This document shows, piece after piece, positions 42,156 through 49,776 of a DNA stretch of 64,000 bases. The stretch is from Longimicrobiales bacterium (GTDB lineage: Bacteria; Gemmatimonadota; Gemmatimonadetes; Longimicrobiales; Gaopeijiaceae). The stretch spans positions 768,001 through 832,000 of the forward strand of contig CBDFIQ010000001.1 in assembly GCA_965248195.1 (NCBI GenBank). Reading direction: 5' to 3'. The position numbers and the translations under genes are program-made. Below the pieces are notes generated by a model, which saw only the letters and a program-made list of their open reading frames with translations, was not told the origin of the DNA and made no database searches. Numbering within the stretch: position 1 is the first letter of the stretch; each line of letters opens with the position of its first letter.

Positions 42156-42257
42156 TCAGCCTTCATGGGTCTTCTTATCGGTCCAGAGCACCGCCGCGAT
42201 CAGCGCCAACACGCCGCCGAGGACCAGGGCTCCGGAAAGAAATTTCAGGTAGAGCAT
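42156..42257 (-). CDS. Small membrane peptide (33 aa)
   Basis: Hand translation MLYLKFLSGALVLGGVLALIAAVLWTDKKTHEG. Confidence 0.4.
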   Translation of the reverse strand: MLYLKFLSGALVLGGVLALIAAVLWTDKKTHEG

Positions 42258-42391
42258 TCAGTGCACCGTGTTCGGGTTCGGGTTGGGCGTCCGAACCCAC
42301 TCCAAGGCCCACAACCACTTCCTCCATTTCTGGAGCCTCGATAGACTGGGGGGGATTCTTGTGCCTGAGAATTCGACTGGCTGTAGCTGAA

Positions 42392-42463
42392 TAGCGGGGG
42401 GCGGACTCGAACCGCCGACCTTCGGGTTATGGGCCCGACGAGCTACCGCTGCTCTACCCCGCA
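42392..42463 (-). tRNA. tRNA-Met(CAT), initiator type; no encoded CCA
   Basis: TGCGGGG TAGAGCAGCGGTAGCTCG TCGGG CCCATAA CCCGA AGGTC GGCGG TTCGAGT CCGCC CCCCGCT A; three G-C anticodon-stem pairs and a 1:72 mismatch. Confidence 0.92.
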
Positions 42464-42476
42464 TATATTTCACCGC

Positions 42477-43349
42477 TTAGGCCCCGATGGCCTTCTTCTG
42501 CAGGTCCTTGATTGCGGCACGGACGCCGGGGCCGTCCTCGTCCTTGATCAGCTGCTCGAAGCGCTCCGCATCCTCGAGCTCGACGTCGTACTTATCCATG
42601 AGTTTGCGGAGCTTCTCGATCTCCTTCGACGTTGGGGGGGAGGCACCCTCTTCCTCTGCCGGCACCTCCTTCTCTTCAACGACGGTGGCCAAGGGGACAT
42701 CCTCGCCGTCGAGCGCGGCAGCCAGGTCCTTCACTCGGTCCTGCGCGCTAGGCCCGATGTCTTCGACCTCATCGGCCGTGTACATCCCGAGCCCGATCTC
42801 AGGGCAGTAGACGCGCGTCCAGAAGCCGCCGGCCCGGTACATGAGCATCTGCTCGGGCATTGTCTTCCACTTGCTGCCGCCCTTCTCATACCAGCCCTCG
42901 GCCTTCGCCAGTGCGATCGTGATGAGAGCACCTACACACTCATCTCCGCCGTCCTTGTCGACGGCCACCGCTCGGCACCCCCAGTCGTCCGAGCCCTCCG
43001 TGCCCTCGAACCGGAAGCGCAGCGGCGAGAACCGGCCCGAAGCGTTCACCGTGGCAATCAAGAACTTCGACCTCCAGGCCGGGCGGCCGTGGATGATGTC
43101 TAGGTTCTGCATCACCATGAACACCGACGCGCCGGTGCGGTTGGCCAGCTCCATGGCGATGAGGCAGTTCGGGAGGTTGTCCTGGTACTCCTTGGGGACC
43201 AACGAGCTTTTTGTGAGCGCCATCCCCATCCGCTGTGCAGCCTCGAAGTTGCCCTCGCTGGCGAAAGCTCCAATCGCTCCGCCCTCGTCGGCTAGGGTTT
43301 GGAATTCGTACCCGTCCGCTCTTGTGGCCACTGCTGTTGCGTCATCCAT
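42477..43349 (-). CDS. RecT/Redbeta-like single-strand annealing protein
   Basis: SSLVPKEYQ...NCLIA, VMQNL..IHGRP.W, AKAEGW...SKWKTMPEQMLMYRA. Confidence 0.85.
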   Translation of the reverse strand: MDDATAVATRADGYEFQTLADEGGAIGAFASEGNFEAAQRMGMALTKSSLVPKEYQDNLPNCLIAMELANRTGASVFMVMQNLDIIHGRPAWRSKFLIATVNASGRFSPLRFRFEGTEGSDDWGCRAVAVDKDGGDECVGALITIALAKAEGWYEKGGSKWKTMPEQMLMYRAGGFWTRVYCPEIGLGMYTADEVEDIGPSAQDRVKDLAAALDGEDVPLATVVEEKEVPAEEEGASPPTSKEIEKLRKLMDKYDVELEDAERFEQLIKDEDGPGVRAAIKDLQKKAIGA

Positions 43350-43364
43350 CGTTCAACTCCCGGT

Positions 43365-43892
43365 CTAAAGATTCAGGCTCGCGAACTCGCCGAAGAGTTC
43401 TTTTGCCGCGACGTCCCGCGCCCTAGCCGCCTCTTCTTCGCTCACGAAATATCCGAGTTCTATCACTTTGCCTTCATGCTCGATCTTGGCTCGCCACCGC
43501 CTACGCAACTCGGGCCGGCTCTTCTGGAAAGAGACCCCCAAATACCTGGACGACCCTCCCTTGCTGACCTTGTTTCGTTGGTTCTCCACCTGCGAACACA
43601 CGCGGAGGTTGCCTCTCCTATTATCCAGGCCATCGTGGTTGATGTGGTCCACATAGACCCTTGGGTGGGTCACTCCGACGATGATCCGGTGCATGGACAC
43701 CATTTTCGCGCCGAAGGCTAGTGGGGTCCTGCCAACGGCGTATTGATGCCCGCACTTGATGATCCGACACCAGCGGATCGCAGAAATGAGCGGGAGATCG
43801 ATTAAGTCGAAGACGGCTACGTAATCACGTCCGATGTCCATCTGGATGACGTCGGCAACTACCTCGTAGCTATTGCGGGCGATCAGATTCAC
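43365..43892 (-). CDS. HNH endonuclease with AP2 domain
   Basis: MHR...VDHINHDGLDNRRGNLR; SRYLGV...WRAKI...LGYF..EEEAARA. Confidence 0.9.
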   Translation of the reverse strand: MNLIARNSYEVVADVIQMDIGRDYVAVFDLIDLPLISAIRWCRIIKCGHQYAVGRTPLAFGAKMVSMHRIIVGVTHPRVYVDHINHDGLDNRRGNLRVCSQVENQRNKVSKGGSSRYLGVSFQKSRPELRRRWRAKIEHEGKVIELGYFVSEEEAARARDVAAKELFGEFASLNL

Positions 43893-44806
43893 TCGTCCTC
43901 CTGCCGCTCATCGAACGCCCAGGGAGGCATCTTCAAGGAGATCATCTCATCTGAGAACCCGGGCCAGTGATCGTCGCCCAGGCACATGGCGTATCTATTC
44001 AGGTGTCTCGTGATCTCTCGGTTGCTCGCCGCCAGGTCGTCCTCGTCGAGCAGATAGACGGCGACGGGGTAGGGAGGCTCATTCTCGGGCACGATGAGGA
44101 CACTGGAGTTGCGTTCCCGGCCGAGCGCATCACAGCCCCGACGATAGAACGCAGCCTTGCGGTGATAACCCATCTTGGCGGCGTCCCGTCGGAACCCGTG
44201 TGGGCTCGCATCGCGAGCGGACTTGAGATCTGCGATGAGCAGTGAGCGCTCGACGTCCCGGTCGATCCGCATCTTGCAGAGCACTCCGGTCTCTTCGTCG
44301 CGCCAGATGCCGGTCAACTCGTAATCGCCCCGACCCTGGAAGAACGTGCGAGCACGGGGATGCGCCTGGATCGCGGCAGTCATACCTTGCAGGTCCGCCA
44401 TCGCGTCCTGGGACAGTACATGGACGCCCGGATCCATCGGCTCGCCGTCGAGGGGGTCGTGGCCCCTCACACCGCAGTACGATGATCCGTCACGGTAAAC
44501 GCTGCCCTGGTTCTCGCATGGGAACCCGGACCTCTTCTGCGCCTCGCACTGGCCGAGCGTGACGTACTGGCCCTCGAACAACAGCGGCTCAAGGAGCGCC
44601 ATGTGCAGCGCCGTGCCGAGCTCCATCGCCGGTGTTGACGGCTTCGGGTTGTCCCGGTAGTACCGGAAGTGGAGCGGGCTCTTGCGCAACTGCTCGATCC
44701 CCGACGCGCTCATCGCGTCGATGGCGAGGTACTCCTCCATCGTGAGCCCCTCGTGCCAACCCACTTCGATCGCGGTGGTCGGCTCTTCCATCGTCGCCGT
44801 GCTCAT
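43889..44806 (-). CDS. RecE/exonuclease VIII-like PD-(D/E)XK nuclease (DUF3799 type)
   Basis: SASGI...SPLHF, GTALH, CKMRID...DLKS...Y..KAAFY. Confidence 0.87.
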   Translation of the reverse strand: MSTATMEEPTTAIEVGWHEGLTMEEYLAIDAMSASGIEQLRKSPLHFRYYRDNPKPSTPAMELGTALHMALLEPLLFEGQYVTLGQCEAQKRSGFPCENQGSVYRDGSSYCGVRGHDPLDGEPMDPGVHVLSQDAMADLQGMTAAIQAHPRARTFFQGRGDYELTGIWRDEETGVLCKMRIDRDVERSLLIADLKSARDASPHGFRRDAAKMGYHRKAAFYRRGCDALGRERNSSVLIVPENEPPYPVAVYLLDEDDLAASNREITRHLNRYAMCLGDDHWPGFSDEMISLKMPPWAFDERQEDE

Positions 44807-45207
44807 CGGATCACCGTCACGCGGTCGACGCCAGCGCCTGGGATTTCATACGCGATCAGCCGATGGACGATCATGCCGACCGTATGCAGGTCCGCGACCC
44901 CGTCCTCGACGAGTACTCGAACACGACCGTCGAAGTCGCAGAGGTAGCAGAAGTGGACCGGCGTCCCACCGTGCTTGCCTGGGTCCTCAATTAGAACCGG
45001 CTCACACCATTTCACGCAGTCGTGGCAGACGCGAAGGCCCTGCTCGTCGGAGAACTCCGCGTTCGTCTGGTCGTCGTAGCGAGCGACGGACTGGTCATTG
45101 CCCCGTCGATCGACGTAGACCACCGGAGTGTATCCCGGGTCGCCGTCGGCTTGCGCCTGCGCGCAGCAGTTGCCTCCGTCTCGTTCGACTAGCTTGACCT
45201 CATTCAT
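44803..45207 (-). CDS. Hypothetical phage protein with CxxC pairs
   Basis: CHDC, CYLC; coupled to the recE-like gene. Confidence 0.6.
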   Translation of the reverse strand: MNEVKLVERDGGNCCAQAQADGDPGYTPVVYVDRRGNDQSVARYDDQTNAEFSDEQGLRVCHDCVKWCEPVLIEDPGKHGGTPVHFCYLCDFDGRVRVLVEDGVADLHTVGMIVHRLIAYEIPGAGVDRVTVIR

Positions 45208-45237
45208 TCAGGCCTCCAGCTCGGCCGCGGCGCACCA

Positions 45238-45498
45238 TCAAGTCACCGCCTCAAGCACACGAACCACCGTCTCGAGCCTCTCGCCTCCGGTGGCCGCTCG
45301 AACAAATTCGAGTGCGAGGGAGAACGCTTCTTCGTTTCGGCTCGACTCAAGGAACTCACATCCCGACTGGGTAAGCCGAAAGGCAGGATCGCCGACGGCG
45401 TTATCCTGCGTGAGCAGTCCGGCATCGAAGGGCGAGGTTGAGGTGAAGGGGCCCCTTCCCGAGCCCGCGTACCCCGGCCCGCCACCCACCCTCCTCAA
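45238..45498 (-). CDS. Hypothetical phage protein
   Basis: ORF in the leftward operon; start uncertain. Confidence 0.4.
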   Translation of the reverse strand: MRRVGGGPGYAGSGRGPFTSTSPFDAGLLTQDNAVGDPAFRLTQSGCEFLESSRNEEAFSLALEFVRAATGGERLETVVRVLEAVT

Positions 45499-45551
45499 CC
45501 TTCATCAGGAGTTCACGCAGGTATGGCAGATCGCGCTTCACGTTGTCGTGC

Positions 45552-45800
45552 TCATCGATCCCACCCTCGCCCTGCGCTCTCGATACGCCTAGCTTCGGCG
45601 CGCAACGATTCCACGCTCCGCCTGGTGATGACGTCACCGGCCCAGAATTGCACGGCGATTATCAGCCAGCAGCACACGAGTCCGAAAAAGAAGATCGGGA
45701 GAACCATTATCCAGTCGTCCAGGTCGGACGTCACGGTCGCCACGAAGCCTGCGGCCGCGAGGACGAAGACGACCACGATCCACTTGGGGAATCCGGCCAT
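45552..45800 (-). CDS. Small two-helix membrane protein
   Basis: MAGFPKWIVVVFVLAAAGFVAT...WIMVLPIFFFGLVCCWLIIAVQFW. Confidence 0.5.
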   Translation of the reverse strand: MAGFPKWIVVVFVLAAAGFVATVTSDLDDWIMVLPIFFFGLVCCWLIIAVQFWAGDVITRRSVESLRAEARRIESAGRGWDR

Positions 45801-46363
45801 GTCAGACCAACTCATATCGACGCTCCTCACGCTCGTTGGGATGTTCGGGGTGGCTGCGCTCGGCGCCTTGGTACAGGTGCTCGTCACGCGCAAGGTCATG
45901 CTGGCTCATGGCGTTGACCCGCTGGAAATCGACAGGGAGTTCTTGCGCGATCTCTTTGGCGACGAGAGATAGGCGGAAATCAGCGCACGGACCCACGCGG
46001 CCTCAATCTCAGCCACCGTCAGAAAGTCGCCCCGCTCTCGGGCCCTCAGCAGCGTCACAAGTAGTTCCGGATAGTGCTCGGCTAGCCAGGAGTCGAGGCG
46101 CAGGTCGGCGGACATCGAGCCGGCTCCGTCTCTCCCGTGTGCGCGTACCGGATGGTCGCAGTTCGATCTTCGGTCGCTCGGGCCGGGCCCCCTCACGGCG
46201 CCGCCTCCGTCTCCGCCAGCACGCGCTCGCTCATGGACGAGAAGGCTCCCCCGCTGATACGATCAGCGTCGCCAAACAACCGATCAGCCATCAACGGAGG
46301 AGCCTCCTGTGAGCGTTCTGAGCACCGGCGAGAAACCGATGGACCGCGAATACCAACGCGCAC

Positions 46364-46615
46364 TCATCCCTCACCCCCCGCCAGCACCACGCGGGCGAGT
46401 TCGGCGAGCCTCCAATGCTCCCAGTCGCCGCCCCATCGCTCGGCACGCTCCGTGTCACCGCCCCAGGAGTCGTACTCCGGTTCCATCTCGGGCGCGTCCC
46501 GGACGATCTCGCGCAGACACGCCAACATCTCCGGCGCGGCGGCGATCAGCCGGGCGTTCGCCCTGCAACGCTCCAGTGACAGGGCTTCGGGGGTCAGAGT
46601 GTGCGCCGCATTCAC
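46364..46615 (-). CDS. Phage protein with ANARLIAAAPE motif (divergent copy)
   Basis: Common phage early-gene motif; repeat copy 1. Confidence 0.7.
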   Translation of the reverse strand: MNAAHTLTPEALSLERCRANARLIAAAPEMLACLREIVRDAPEMEPEYDSWGGDTERAERWGGDWEHWRLAELARVVLAGGEG

Positions 46616-46616
46616 G

Positions 46617-46919
46617 CTATTCGTTCCTTTTCCGCTTCCGCGTCGGTGCTGCGGGACGCGACGGTCCGCTGGGCAACTGAAGCACTGGTCCGTCTGCCGG
46701 ACGCAGTTCAGCTATTTCAAACAGGTGCCGGGCCGTCGTGAGCGCGACATCCTGCAGGGGTCGCATCCGCAAGTAGCCGATCGGGCGGTGTGTGGCCTCG
46801 ATGCTCGCGAGCGTCAGCCAGTGCTCGCCCTCTCGGTTCACGTTCTCCACGATCACCGTCGCCGTGCCAAACTCCGCGTCCTTGACGATCTGAATCCGGC
46901 CATGCTCGCCCGCACTCAT
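46617..46919 (-). CDS. Hypothetical phage protein (copy 1)
   Basis: ATGA-coupled; duplicated. Confidence 0.6.
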   Translation of the reverse strand: MSAGEHGRIQIVKDAEFGTATVIVENVNREGEHWLTLASIEATHRPIGYLRMRPLQDVALTTARHLFEIAELRPADGPVLQLPSGPSRPAAPTRKRKRNE

Positions 46920-47167
46920 CCCTCACCCCCCGCCAGCACCGCGCGGGCGAGTTCGGCGAGCCTCCAGTGCTCCTGAGCGCTGCCCCACCGCTCGGCGCGC
47001 TCTGTGTCACCGCCCCAGTCCCCGTACTCCGGTTCCGTCTCGGGCGCGTCCCGGACGATCTCGCGCAGACACGCCAACATCTCCGGCGCGGCGGCGATCA
47101 GCCGGGCGTTCGCCCTGCAACGCTCCAGTGACAGGGCTTCGGGGGTCAGAGTGTGCGCCGCATTCAC
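46916..47167 (-). CDS. Phage protein with ANARLIAAAPE motif (copy 2)
   Basis: Repeat copy. Confidence 0.7.
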   Translation of the reverse strand: MNAAHTLTPEALSLERCRANARLIAAAPEMLACLREIVRDAPETEPEYGDWGGDTERAERWGSAQEHWRLAELARAVLAGGEG

Positions 47168-47168
47168 G

Positions 47169-47465
47169 CTATTCGTTCCTTTTCCGCGTCGGTGCTGCGG
47201 GACGCGACGGTCCGCTGGGCAACTGAAGCACTGGTCCGTCTGCCGGACGCAGTTCAGCTATTTCAAACAGGTGCCGGGCCGTCGTGAGCGCGACATCCTG
47301 CAGGGGTCGCATCCGCAAGTAGCCGATCGGGCGGTGTGTGGCCTCGATGCTCGCGAGCGTCAGCCAGTGCTCGCCCTCTCGGTTCACGTTCTCCACGATC
47401 ACCGTCGCCGTGCCAAACTCCGCGTCCTTGACGATCTGAATCCGGCCATGCTCGCCCGCACTCAT
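47169..47465 (-). CDS. Hypothetical phage protein (copy 2)
   Basis: Repeat copy. Confidence 0.6.
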   Translation of the reverse strand: MSAGEHGRIQIVKDAEFGTATVIVENVNREGEHWLTLASIEATHRPIGYLRMRPLQDVALTTARHLFEIAELRPADGPVLQLPSGPSRPAAPTRKRNE

Positions 47466-47665
47466 CCCTCACCCCCCGCCAGCACCGCGCGGGCGAGTTC
47501 GGCGAGCCTCCAGTGCTCCTGAGCGCTGCCCCACCGCTCGGCGCGCTCTGTGTCACCGCCCCAGTCCCCGTACTCCGGTTCCGTCTCGGGCGCGTCCCGG
47601 ACGATCTCGCGCAGACACGCCAACATCTCCGGCGCGGCGGCGATCAGCCGGGCGTTCGCCGTCAC
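47462..47665 (-). CDS. Phage protein with ANARLIAAAPE motif (copy 3, shorter N-terminus)
   Basis: Repeat copy; GTGA overlap with a tiny upstream ORF. Confidence 0.65.
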   Translation of the reverse strand: MTANARLIAAAPEMLACLREIVRDAPETEPEYGDWGGDTERAERWGSAQEHWRLAELARAVLAGGEG

Positions 47666-47714
47666 GATGCCACCTCCTCGACTCCCTCAGCGACCCGGCG
47701 CTCGGGTAGCTCTC

Positions 47715-48044
47715 TCATCGTGAGTTCACCTGGACGACGGTGCCCCGAGCCAACGTGGTCGGCTTGTGCGGAGCGGTGAACGCCCGCCCCCTGATAACCC
47801 GCTTGGCGCCGCCGCTGTAGCGAACCGTGACCGAACCCATGCCCCTTGCGAGTACCTTGAGCTTGGTGCCCCGGTGGTCGTAGCAGACGCGACCCCGACG
47901 CAGGTTGCCGAGGTAGACGCACCCAGGAGCGAACGCCGGTGTGTCGTTGCCGTCGTAGTCGACGAAGGGCTCCACCGTCTCAGGCCCCCTCCTCTGTGAG
48001 GCCAGCGCATCCCGCAACGAGTGCGCGTCCTGGGTGCGCCTCAC
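47715..48044 (-). CDS. Hypothetical phage protein
   Basis: GTGA overlap with cro; GGAGG ribosome-binding site. Confidence 0.6.
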   Translation of the reverse strand: MRRTQDAHSLRDALASQRRGPETVEPFVDYDGNDTPAFAPGCVYLGNLRRGRVCYDHRGTKLKVLARGMGSVTVRYSGGAKRVIRGRAFTAPHKPTTLARGTVVQVNSR

Positions 48045-48310
48045 CCCGCCACCTCCTCGACTCCCTCACCCGCCAGCACCCGCTCGCGGGCCTCGGTCAA
48101 GACGCGCCCCTTGGCCTCTTCACCCGCACGGTTCGCGCGCGCCACCAGGTCTAGAGCTTCGTCGGCATCAGACATAAACCCTTCATACGGCGGGCGGCGG
48201 CCCTTGAGGATGTGATTCAGCTGGGTCGCGTTGATCCCCAACGTGTCCGCGAGGTCCTGCTGGGTGATGCCTAGCTCGGCCATCCGCCCCCGGAATTTTT
48301 TTATGTCCAT
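48041..48310 (-). CDS. Cro-like XRE HTH regulator
   Basis: GITQQDLADTLGINATQLNHILKGRR; divergent from cI. Confidence 0.88.
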   Translation of the reverse strand: MDIKKFRGRMAELGITQQDLADTLGINATQLNHILKGRRPPYEGFMSDADEALDLVARANRAGEEAKGRVLTEARERVLAGEGVEEVAG

Positions 48311-48348
48311 AAAGTTCTTCCTTCAAGCCAGTTGGAGTGCCCAACGGC

Positions 48349-48377
48349 ATAATACTTCAACTGAGTTGAAGTGTCAA
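48349..48377 (-). promoter_or_regulatory. Leftward sigma70 promoter with an operator palindrome in the spacer
   Basis: TTGACA(48377-72)-N17-TATTAT(48354-49); ACTTCAAC-TGA-GTTGAAGT at 48354-48372; weaker copy CTTCAAG-CCA-GTTGGAG at 48321. Confidence 0.85.
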
Positions 48378-48405
48378 GAGGGGATTTCTTGTATTCTTCA
48401 GCACT

Positions 48406-49161
48406 ATGATTGGCGAGCGTTTGGTTGAGTTACGGAGGCGGGCCGGGTTGACCCAGACCCAACTTGCGGTTGCCCTCGGCGATCGGTATACGGGCTCGAT
48501 GATCTCGATGGTGGAGCACAACCACTCGGGACTTCTCCTCGATGGCGCGACGAAGGCAGCCGAGGTGCTGAACGTCTCGCTCGACTACCTCACAGGCCTC
48601 ACCGATGACCCGGCCCCGGTCGACGACCGGGTGGAGGAGGAGAGGCGGAGCCGTGCGAAGCTGGAAGCCGCGCTACGGAGCGCCGAGGAGGAGCGCGACC
48701 GCCTGCGGGCACGGGTGGGCCAGGTGGCGACTGACGGCCTTACGGACGAGACCGAGCCCGACGCGAAGCCCATTCCGGTCCATCGACTCCAGACTGCGGC
48801 GGGCAGCGGCGCTTTCGACCTGGACGAGACGGTCAAGACCTACGCCTACTTTCGCAGCGAGTGGCTGTTCAGGAAGGGGCTCGCCGCCGACCGCTGTAAC
48901 ATCATCGGCGTCGCGGGAGAGTCGATGGAGCCCACGCTGCCCGACGGCTGCGTCATCCTTGTCGACCGCAACCGAACCAAGCGGTACCGGGGACACATCT
49001 TCGTGGTACGCACGGAGGACGGCCTGGTGGTCAAGCGCGCGGGCAAGGACGAGGGCGGCGGCTGGCAGCTGGTTAGCGATCACCCTGAGTGGAAACCGCA
49101 GCCGTGGCCGGACGGAGCGGAGGTGATTGGAGAAGTGAAATGGATGGCGAGGGAGTTGTGA
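48406..49161 (+). CDS. CI-like repressor (XRE HTH plus S24 peptidase)
   Basis: GLTQTQLA HTH; AAG cleavage site, GESMEP serine, VVKR lysine. Confidence 0.93.
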   Translation: MIGERLVELRRRAGLTQTQLAVALGDRYTGSMISMVEHNHSGLLLDGATKAAEVLNVSLDYLTGLTDDPAPVDDRVEEERRSRAKLEAALRSAEEERDRLRARVGQVATDGLTDETEPDAKPIPVHRLQTAAGSGAFDLDETVKTYAYFRSEWLFRKGLAADRCNIIGVAGESMEPTLPDGCVILVDRNRTKRYRGHIFVVRTEDGLVVKRAGKDEGGGWQLVSDHPEWKPQPWPDGAEVIGEVKWMAREL

Positions 49162-49212
49162 GGGGGCGCACCGAGGGTTTGGTTGAGCCTAACTTCTCTT
49201 GGGGTTACCCTT

Positions 49213-49296
49213 CCGGCGTACGAGCCACAGCCGCTCGACGATCGAGCCCGAATCATGGGCCGCGTCGTCTGGTGGGCCCACACGGAGCTAGCGTGA
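49213..49296 (+). repeat. Orphan S24 repressor 3' end, type B copy 1
   Basis: PAYEPQPLDDRARIMGRVVWWAHTELA*. Confidence 0.85.
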
Positions 49297-49339
49297 GGTG
49301 ATGGTGACACCGAAACATTGAGAGGGGAGCTGTAGGCCA

Positions 49340-49516
49340 ATGAACGGAGAAGATCGCTACGTCATCGTCACAGATGTCCAGATGAAGTTCTGGAGCATGG
49401 TCACGTTCATGGTGAAGTGGGCCGTCGCTTCGATTCCTGCGGTGATCATCCTGATGATTCTGGGCTTTGTGTTGTCAGTTGTGTTCGCCGGATTCTTCGC
49501 CGGACTCTCCGGATAA
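49340..49516 (+). CDS. Small membrane protein (58 aa)
   Basis: Hand translation MNGEDRYVIVTDVQMKFWSMVTFMVKWAVASIPAVIILMILGFVLSVVFAGFFAGLSG; GGGGAG ribosome-binding site. Confidence 0.75.
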   Translation: MNGEDRYVIVTDVQMKFWSMVTFMVKWAVASIPAVIILMILGFVLSVVFAGFFAGLSG

Positions 49517-49548
49517 GATGCGAGAGGCTTCCCCCGCGGCTGGAGAGG

Positions 49549-49638
49549 GATGCCTACCGGCCTGTGCCATGGCCCGAGGAGGCTGAGGTCGTCGGGGAAG
49601 TGAAGTGGCACGGCGAGACGCTGCGAGGATCGAGGTGA
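49549..49638 (+). repeat. Orphan S24 repressor 3' end, type A (paralogous to the resident cI end)
   Basis: DAYRPVPWPEEAEVVGEVKWHGETL versus cI PEWKPQPWPDGAEVIGEVKWMAREL. Confidence 0.85.
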
Positions 49639-49654
49639 GGAGGGGATCGCCAGG

Positions 49655-49695
49655 GAATCCTAGGCCGCGTCGTCTGGTTGGCCCACACGGATTGA
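49655..49695 (+). repeat. Orphan S24 repressor 3' end, type B copy 2
   Basis: ILGRVVWLAHTD*. Confidence 0.85.
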
Positions 49696-49776
49696 TGGTG
49701 GGAGATCGCCCTTGACCATCGGCATTCTTGCTGTTTCAGCAGCCGCTATCCCCCCCCTAATGGCGAAGGAGGGGGC

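Larger units (their letters stand above)
46359..47660. repeat. Tandem direct repeat of about 550 bp, 2.4 copies, each carrying two small genes
   Basis: Units start at 46359, 46911 and 47457 (periods 552 and 546 bp). Confidence 0.95.

Noticed and set aside
42270..42391. Self-cleaving ribozyme after the tRNA
   Set aside because: Only a simple GGGTTCGG/CCGAACCC hairpin is visible; no HDV-like pseudoknot could be built by eye
45799..45972. Plus-strand membrane peptide sharing a CATG with the divergent minus-strand ORF
   Set aside because: No room for promoters and it opposes the operon; probably coincidental
46359..47660. Diversity-generating retroelement TR/VR pair
   Set aside because: Differences are not confined to adenines and no reverse transcriptase is present in the window
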